DNA of 29,676 nucleotides, taken from positions 1-29,676 of the IMG/VR virus record IMGVR_UViG_3300037515_000989. One strand, 5' to 3'. The stretch comes from a virus (lineage: Duplodnaviria > Caudoviricetes). Positions 24,710 through 29,676 of the stretch are shown here, piece by piece; positions within the stretch are counted from its first letter, which is position 1; each line of letters opens with the position of its first letter. The notes beneath the pieces are model-generated. The model was not told the origin of the DNA. It was given only the letters and a program-made list of their open reading frames with translations, and did no database searches. A program made the position numbers and the translations under genes.

Positions 24710-25038
24710 CCACTACGTGCACCGCGCGGGCCTACTACCAGGGCAACAGCATGTTGCTCGAGGTGTTGATTACCGACGCCCGCACCAGCATGCCGATCAC
24801 GACCGGCGTGACCGTCACGGCCGCCCTCATCGTGCCCAGCTCGGGGGCGACGGTCCCCGACAGCGCCATCACGCTCGCGCACGTCGGCAGTCCGGACGGG
24901 CGCTGGCACGGGGTGTTTCCCGCGACGCTGACTACCACGTTAGGCACGACGCTGTTCGCCCGGTTGACGATCGACGGGGGCGGTGAGGCGACCGCCGTCG
25001 TCGACATCCAGGTGCCGGTGACCCGGCGGACGGCATGA
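24706..25038 (+). CDS. Small beta-rich structural protein (BppU N-domain-like)
   Basis: YQGNSMLLEVLITD..T..PIT pattern; ATGA overlap. Confidence 0.5.
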   Translation: MTTTCTARAYYQGNSMLLEVLITDARTSMPITTGVTVTAALIVPSSGATVPDSAITLAHVGSPDGRWHGVFPATLTTTLGTTLFARLTIDGGGEATAVVDIQVPVTRRTA

Positions 25039-25250
25039 TCGGGTTTCTGCTGGGCGTGCTGGTCGGGATCGTCGGGACCGTGAGTGCCGTGACCTGGTGG
25101 GGTGTGCACCTCGCGCGCCGCCGGCGTCGATGGACGCGTACGAAGGCCGGGACCGCCAAGGTCGCCAAACTGCACGCCGCGGAGCACACCGTGGCCGTGC
25201 TCAATGCTGAACCCCGTGATGCCGGACGGCACACGATTGAAGGGAGATAG
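25035..25250 (+). CDS. Small membrane protein
   Basis: N-terminal hydrophobic helix MIGFLLGVLVGIVGTVSAVTWW followed by RRRRR. Confidence 0.6.
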   Translation: MIGFLLGVLVGIVGTVSAVTWWGVHLARRRRRWTRTKAGTAKVAKLHAAEHTVAVLNAEPRDAGRHTIEGR

Positions 25251-25255
25251 ACCAC

Positions 25256-25837
25256 ATGGTGTTATTGAAGAGCCGTTTCCGTCTGCCCGGCCTCGCGACC
25301 GTGCTGCAGCGCTCGCGCGCGGGGCTCTGGTTTCCGGAGTACGGCCACGTCGTCGATCGACGCAACAACGTCCTCGCGGTGCTGCGACGGCCGCGGCAGG
25401 ACGGGATCCTCATCCCCGGGTGCAACATCGTCACCGACGCCGGCGACGTGCACATCGCCGAGCTGGGCTCGGGCGAAGTAGCGACGAATGCGTTCACGAC
25501 CTGGGCCATGGCCAGCGCCGGCACACCGGGCAAGGCGGCGGACGACGATGATTTCACGCTGATCGCCGGGTCCCTGCAGGCGCAGGACGGCACGTACCCA
25601 CAGACGGATGACGGGGACGGGGACAACACCGGCGCCGGCGTCGACGTGCGCACGACGCGCGTCAGTTACACGGCCGCCGCATTCAACCACGCCGCCATCA
25701 CGCACGGGTATATCACCAACGCCTCGCCTGGGGTCGCCGAGCCGCTCTACGCCGGATGGGCGTGGGCGTCGTCGATCAACAAGACCGCGAGCGACACGCT
25801 CAAGGCGTTTCACAACACCACCATGAACGGAGTTTAG
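25256..25837 (+). CDS. Phage structural protein (NIVTDAG...KTASDTLK type)
   Basis: RBS GGGAG; motifs recalled from small fibre-associated virion proteins. Confidence 0.6.
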   Translation: MVLLKSRFRLPGLATVLQRSRAGLWFPEYGHVVDRRNNVLAVLRRPRQDGILIPGCNIVTDAGDVHIAELGSGEVATNAFTTWAMASAGTPGKAADDDDFTLIAGSLQAQDGTYPQTDDGDGDNTGAGVDVRTTRVSYTAAAFNHAAITHGYITNASPGVAEPLYAGWAWASSINKTASDTLKAFHNTTMNGV

Positions 25838-25841
25838 CGTT

Positions 25842-26072
25842 ATGCACTTGCAATGCCGCGCGACACGCGTCGCGGAACGTACCGAAGTGTCCGTCGGGGG
25901 TGGCGGGCAGGAGTCCGAGCACCACCTCCTGGATGTCCGGCTGGAGCCCGTGGCCGGGGACGGCTGGACCGGCGGTCCGGCCGGGACGATCAGCCTCACG
26001 TTTGACGATTCGAGCCAGTTTGCGTTTTGGCACGAGGGCCGGACGTACGTGATCACCCTGGTCGGGGAGTAG
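25842..26072 (+). CDS. Hypothetical protein
   Basis: Fills the gap in the co-directional operon; protein-like composition. Confidence 0.55.
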   Translation: MHLQCRATRVAERTEVSVGGGGQESEHHLLDVRLEPVAGDGWTGGPAGTISLTFDDSSQFAFWHEGRTYVITLVGE

Positions 26073-26109
26073 TTCGGGAAACAGTTGAGCAGCACACCTC
26101 AAACAGGGG

Positions 26110-26490
26110 ATGGACGACATGGAGGGATTCGTACTCCCGGGATGGCTCGCGGCCATCGCGTTCACGTGCCTCTGCCTGGCCGGGACCGTGCGCTGGGTGC
26201 GGGAAATCATCAAGCCGGTCAGTACGGGGGGCGCAGGGATGTCGTCCGCCCGCGCCGAGTGGCGCGGGAAAGTCGAGGAGATCCTGCGTCAGGAGCAGGA
26301 ACTCACGAGGCAGGTGACGCAGATGCTCTCGCGTCAGACGGAGGTCCTGCGGGACATCCACGCCTCCGTCACCACGCAGTTGGCCAACGTGCAGGCGCAG
26401 ATGGTCAACGTGCACACGCAGACGCAGCTGCTCGAGGAGAAACTCGAGGTCCTCGCGTCGGTGTGGAAACACGCAATCAAAGGAGAGTGA
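26110..26490 (+). CDS. Membrane-anchored coiled-coil protein (lysis-module candidate)
   Basis: TM segment LPGWLAAIAFTCLCLAGTV followed by a long heptad-like helix. Confidence 0.6.
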   Translation: MDDMEGFVLPGWLAAIAFTCLCLAGTVRWVREIIKPVSTGGAGMSSARAEWRGKVEEILRQEQELTRQVTQMLSRQTEVLRDIHASVTTQLANVQAQMVNVHTQTQLLEEKLEVLASVWKHAIKGE

Positions 26491-26494
26491 AGCA

Positions 26495-26914
26495 ATGAAG
26501 GTATTCCCAAGTTCTATCCAGCCGGTGCTCGTCGTGGTCGCGTGCACGTGCGCGGTCCTCGTGCTGAGCACAGTGGCCGCAGCCGGCCAGGAGGAGGCGC
26601 CCCATCTCGGTGAGCAACTCCTCGATCTGCTCAATCTGGTGGTCGCCACGATCACCGGTCTGCTGACGGCCGGCATGGAACTCATCAAGCGATTGATCGG
26701 CAAGGTCGACGCAGGATGGGCGCGACTCTGGACCGGGATCCTCAAGCCCATCCAGCCGATCATCGTGTCGGCGTTGTCGGTGTTGGTCCCGATCCTCGGG
26801 TTGGACATCTCCACCGTCGAGGTCCTCGTGACGGCGCCGCTGTCGTTCATCGTCGCCCTCACGGTCCGCGAGCTGCTCGCCAAGAAGGACGACCCGCAAC
26901 CCGCGTTCCGATGA
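26495..26914 (+). CDS. Multi-TM protein, holin candidate
   Basis: RBS AAAGGAG; 3-4 hydrophobic segments and a charged C-terminus. Confidence 0.55.
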   Translation: MKVFPSSIQPVLVVVACTCAVLVLSTVAAAGQEEAPHLGEQLLDLLNLVVATITGLLTAGMELIKRLIGKVDAGWARLWTGILKPIQPIIVSALSVLVPILGLDISTVEVLVTAPLSFIVALTVRELLAKKDDPQPAFR

Positions 26915-27090
26915 GTCGCTGGGTCGAGCTCCTCCTCCTGTCCGTCGTCGTCGTCGTGGCGATGCTTTGGATCCGTCCCACGCCCGCGGATATCGAGCGA
27001 GAGCTCGCCCAGCAGGCAGAGCGTCTCGAAGCGTCATTCGCGCAAGAGCGCGCGGCGCTTCGGGCCGCCTGTGATGCGCTGTCGGGATGA
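26911..27090 (+). CDS. Small TM plus coiled-coil protein (i-spanin-like layout)
   Basis: MSRWVELLLLSVVVVVAMLWIRP...ERELAQQAERLEASF...C; ATGA overlap. Confidence 0.5.
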   Translation: MSRWVELLLLSVVVVVAMLWIRPTPADIERELAQQAERLEASFAQERAALRAACDALSG

Positions 27091-27206
27091 CGCCCGAGGA
27101 GATGTACCGGTCCCTCGCGCGGTGGGAGCGCGTCGAGAGACTGCTCCCCTACCTGGTGGTGGTGCTCACGATCGTGGTGGTCCTGGTGCTGATTGCCCTG
27201 CGATGA
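27087..27206 (+). CDS. 39-aa membrane peptide (not in the ORF track)
   Basis: MTPEEMYRSLARWERVERLLPYLVVVLTIVVVLVLIALR*; ATGA overlap with the upstream stop. Confidence 0.55.
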   Translation: MTPEEMYRSLARWERVERLLPYLVVVLTIVVVLVLIALR

Positions 27207-27219
27207 GATCACGGCGGGC

Positions 27220-27681
27220 TCAATCCGATCGGCGAGTCACCCACACCCAAGCTAGTTGCTGTAGCGTGTGCATGGTCTCCGGCGGTGGATGACGGGCGCC
27301 GGGCTCGACCCGTGTCGCGCACCACGGCTCCGGCGGGACCGGCTCGCCCGCGGTCGCGAGCGGAAGCACCTGCGGGTCCACAGCATGGAGTCGCGCCCAG
27401 AGTAGTGACCCGCATCGGGAGTGCCGCGCGATCCCCACGGTGACCACTGCGACACGCTCGCCGGCGTGCTCCTCCCACAGCACGACCACACAACAGCGTC
27501 CGCGTGCCTGCGCGGTGACGCGAAAGGCTCGCTGTCCCGGCAGTGTGACGACATCGCCCGTGATTGCCCGCTCGAGCACCGGCCGAAGGGGCGCGAGTTG
27601 CGCATCGGGTGGTTGGGTAGATCGCGTGCGGTCCCCGTCGTCCAAGTCCCGGCATTCGAGGTAGGTGGAGGTCCCGGTCAT
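27220..27681 (-). CDS. Hypothetical protein
   Basis: ATG 27681 overlaps the stop of 27678-28031 (MTGTSTYLECRDLDDG...). Confidence 0.6.
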   Translation of the reverse strand: MTGTSTYLECRDLDDGDRTRSTQPPDAQLAPLRPVLERAITGDVVTLPGQRAFRVTAQARGRCCVVVLWEEHAGERVAVVTVGIARHSRCGSLLWARLHAVDPQVLPLATAGEPVPPEPWCATRVEPGARHPPPETMHTLQQLAWVWVTRRSD

Positions 27682-28031
27682 TCCACGTGCCATCCCGCCG
27701 CGACGAGCGCGTCGATGAGCGCGCGGTCGCTGACGACGTATCCGTCGTCGCTGCGTGGCACGTCGGGGTGGCGCCGCTCGATCCATTGCCGGGCAGCCTC
27801 AGACTGCGGCACGAGGAGTAAACGGCCGCTTCCGAGATTCCCGATGAACACGTCGGGCGGGTGAGTCCGACGCCACACCTGCCAGGCCGCGCGCCGCTGG
27901 CCGTGCACAAGCAACCGACCGCGCGCGGTCGCGTGTTCGGCTGGCGTCCGGAGCTGACAGCCGGAACCGATCGGTGCGGCACACACCGGGCACGCCACGG
28001 CGTGGATGATCTTGTCCTCGCGGTGACTCAC
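27678..28031 (-). CDS. Phage zinc-finger protein
   Basis: VACPVCAAPIGSGC...VHGQR (CPxCxAxxGxxC...H). Confidence 0.65.
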   Translation of the reverse strand: MSHREDKIIHAVACPVCAAPIGSGCQLRTPAEHATARGRLLVHGQRRAAWQVWRRTHPPDVFIGNLGSGRLLLVPQSEAARQWIERRHPDVPRSDDGYVVSDRALIDALVAAGWHVE

Positions 28032-28486
28032 GGGGCAAGCCTCTCGCTCTCGCGCGGGAAGGTGTGATCGAAGGCGATCCCGGCCCCCTCGTCGGCTGCC
28101 GCTGGATCACTCAAGACCAGCGTCCCCGCTCGGCAGGCGTCGAGTGCCACCTCTAAAATGTCGTAAGCTCGACGGGCGTCGCACGTGCGGATCTCCTCGA
28201 TTCGCGCGGCGCTCAATCCAGCCTGCCGCGCGAGGTGGATCAGCGTGTCTGCGGGATACGCTGGTATCTCGACACGGGGACGACGCCACGGACCGACCTC
28301 GACGTGTCCCCCGTTCGTGTTGACGGGCCGCACGGCCCGGCAGTCTAGGCACCGCTCGGTGTAGGTGACGCCTCCGTGGGCTGCGCGGTTCTGGTGGGTG
28401 TGCGGATGCACCGCCACCGAGCCCGTGTATCCGAAGTGGTCTCCGGAGGTGGTGCGATCGTGGTGGCAGTTGGTCGCGGTCGTCAT
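28028..28486 (-). CDS. Hypothetical His/Cys-rich protein
   Basis: Strong RBS AAAGGAGAGACCAATG; CxxC (CLDC) motif. Confidence 0.7.
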   Translation of the reverse strand: MTTATNCHHDRTTSGDHFGYTGSVAVHPHTHQNRAAHGGVTYTERCLDCRAVRPVNTNGGHVEVGPWRRPRVEIPAYPADTLIHLARQAGLSAARIEEIRTCDARRAYDILEVALDACRAGTLVLSDPAAADEGAGIAFDHTFPRESERLAP

Positions 28487-28546
28487 TGGTCTCTCCTTTG
28501 TGGTGGTTCAAGGGCTGGGGCGGGAGTCGAACCCGCCCGTACTCCG

Positions 28547-28729
28547 TCAGCCTGTGATGCTCGCGTGCTGGATGCGGGTGACGATAGCATCCGGGGTGTC
28601 ACGTCGGATGATACGCTGCGCTCCGATCGTCGTGAGCGGGCGCTCGTGGTACAGGACCATCGTCTGCTCGACGTGCGCGCCTCTCCGCGGGTCCAGGAGC
28701 GTGTAGGTGATGTCGTTCCGGTAAGTCAT
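28547..28729 (-). CDS. Small hypothetical protein, first gene of the leftward operon
   Basis: RBS GGGAGAGACCATG, downstream of the sigma70 promoter. Confidence 0.65.
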   Translation of the reverse strand: MTYRNDITYTLLDPRRGAHVEQTMVLYHERPLTTIGAQRIIRRDTPDAIVTRIQHASITG

Positions 28730-28796
28730 GGTCTCTCCCTCTCCTGCCCCTGTGACATCCCCGAGGCGCGGGCCCTGCTGCTGCTGATCTCTATAT

Positions 28797-28828
28797 AATA
28801 TAACGCATACTTGACATTATGTCAAGTA
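28797..28828 (-). promoter_or_regulatory. Near-consensus sigma70 promoter overlapped by a perfect 21-bp palindromic operator
   Basis: Minus strand reads TTGACA-N17-TATATT. The palindrome TACTTGACAT-T-ATGTCAAGTA (28808-28828) covers the -35. Confidence 0.85.
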
Positions 28829-29038
28829 CTTTCCGCCTCTAGCCTCGCGGGCGAGGGCCTCCAGCGTCGGAGCCGGCAGCGTCAAGGCGGCCGCGGCGAA
28901 CGCGATCACCCGCGGTACCGGCTCCGGGCCGTGGATGAGCCGGCTGATGGTCTCCGGTGTGTAGCCGATCAGCTCCGCGAACGTCCGCTGCGTCAGCCCG
29001 GCCTCCGCAATCCGCCGCTTCAGGTCATATCCCGTCAT
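28817..29038 (-). CDS. XRE/Cro-family HTH regulator
   Basis: MTGYDLKRRIAEAGLTQRTFAELIGYTPETISRLIHG..PVP. Confidence 0.85.
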   Translation of the reverse strand: MTGYDLKRRIAEAGLTQRTFAELIGYTPETISRLIHGPEPVPRVIAFAAAALTLPAPTLEALAREARGGKYLT

Positions 29039-29288
29039 AACTTGACAATTTATCATCGTCCGATCAGTTCTGCCAGTTGGGATCGCACGGCGTTTGTCCT
29101 CGAGGATAAGGGCTGAGAATCGCCAGGTTCGACCTGGACCGACGTGGCGGGCAACGTGTTCAGCGCACGTACGATGCGCGGCGCGGTCCGCGGCAAACCG
29201 ACGCGGCCGTGTGGTTGTGGCTCCGTCGTCATCTCATCCGTCGTCGCGCTGGACCGCTGGGCCGGACGCGAGCGTTAGGCAGACCGTT

Positions 29289-29676
29289 GAGGTTGTAGGA
29301 AAACCCGGTTGTGACGTCGGTTGAGCGCGGCGGAGGTCCGGTTTGGTACGTGGCGGGTGTGGTGGAGAGGATGAGTGGCCTAACGGAGGCCTAACGGTGG
29401 TGCAGTCGGGGCGCTGAGCCGAGGGGTGGAGGGTCGAGGCGGCTATGCAGCGTAGGCCAGCCGGGCCAGCTTCTCGATGTTGTGGACCAGGCAAAAGAGC
29501 TTCCACTGCCCGTCCACTTTGTGCCGACCCCGCAGGGTGAACCGCGTTAGCCCTTGTTGTAGCAGAGATTCCCGAACACCGGCTCGACCACCCCGAACCG
29601 CGCGGCGTACTGCGCGCGCCCCTCGGGCGTATCGATGCGCGCCTTCATCCGGGCCGTGTGGGTCTCACGCGTCTTG
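29289..29676 (-). mobile_element. Right end of an IS1182-family insertion sequence
   Basis: Transposase C-terminus plus a candidate terminal inverted repeat GAGGTTGTAGGAAAACCC (29289-29306). The partner IR would lie outside the window. Confidence 0.65.
29443..29676 (-). pseudogene. tnp: IS1182-type DDE transposase C-terminus with a 1-nt frameshift
   Basis: ...IDTPEGRAQYAARFGVVEPVFGNLCYNKG* continues in a shifted frame as LTRFTLRGRHKVDGQWKLFCLVHNIEKLARLAYAA*. Break near 29551-29553, in a G run on the coding strand; could be a sequencing error. Confidence 0.8.

Noticed and set aside
29060-29288. Prophage attachment site or complete attC cassette site
   Set aside because: No integrase, no partner direct repeat and no upstream RYYYAAC box visible in this segment, so the boundary cannot be placed.

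Overview
High-GC window holding the late (morphogenesis) region of a lambda-like siphophage or prophage: candidate cos site, terS/terL (Nu1/gpA type), gpW-like, portal, S49 protease/scaffold, decoration protein, major capsid, neck and tail genes with a -1 frameshifted chaperone, tape measure, tail tip/fibre genes and several small membrane proteins. A leftward operon of small genes under a repressor-type promoter and a frameshifted IS1182-type transposase remnant follow at the right edge. The main result lies just before the packaging genes. A 362-aa Cas12f1-like protein lacking RuvC catalytic residues and the C-terminal Zn-finger/RuvC-III is translationally coupled to a phage gene and followed by a leader and a 4-repeat CRISPR mini-array. 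Its first spacer (42 nt) matches exactly this phage's own major capsid RBS and start codon (10192-10233). This suggests phage-encoded, RNA-guided, non-cutting control of capsid expression. Next come an apparent in-frame Csf1-N/Csf3-C fusion (collapsed type IV module) and a five-HTH protein. All family calls come from motif recognition by eye; no searches were run.
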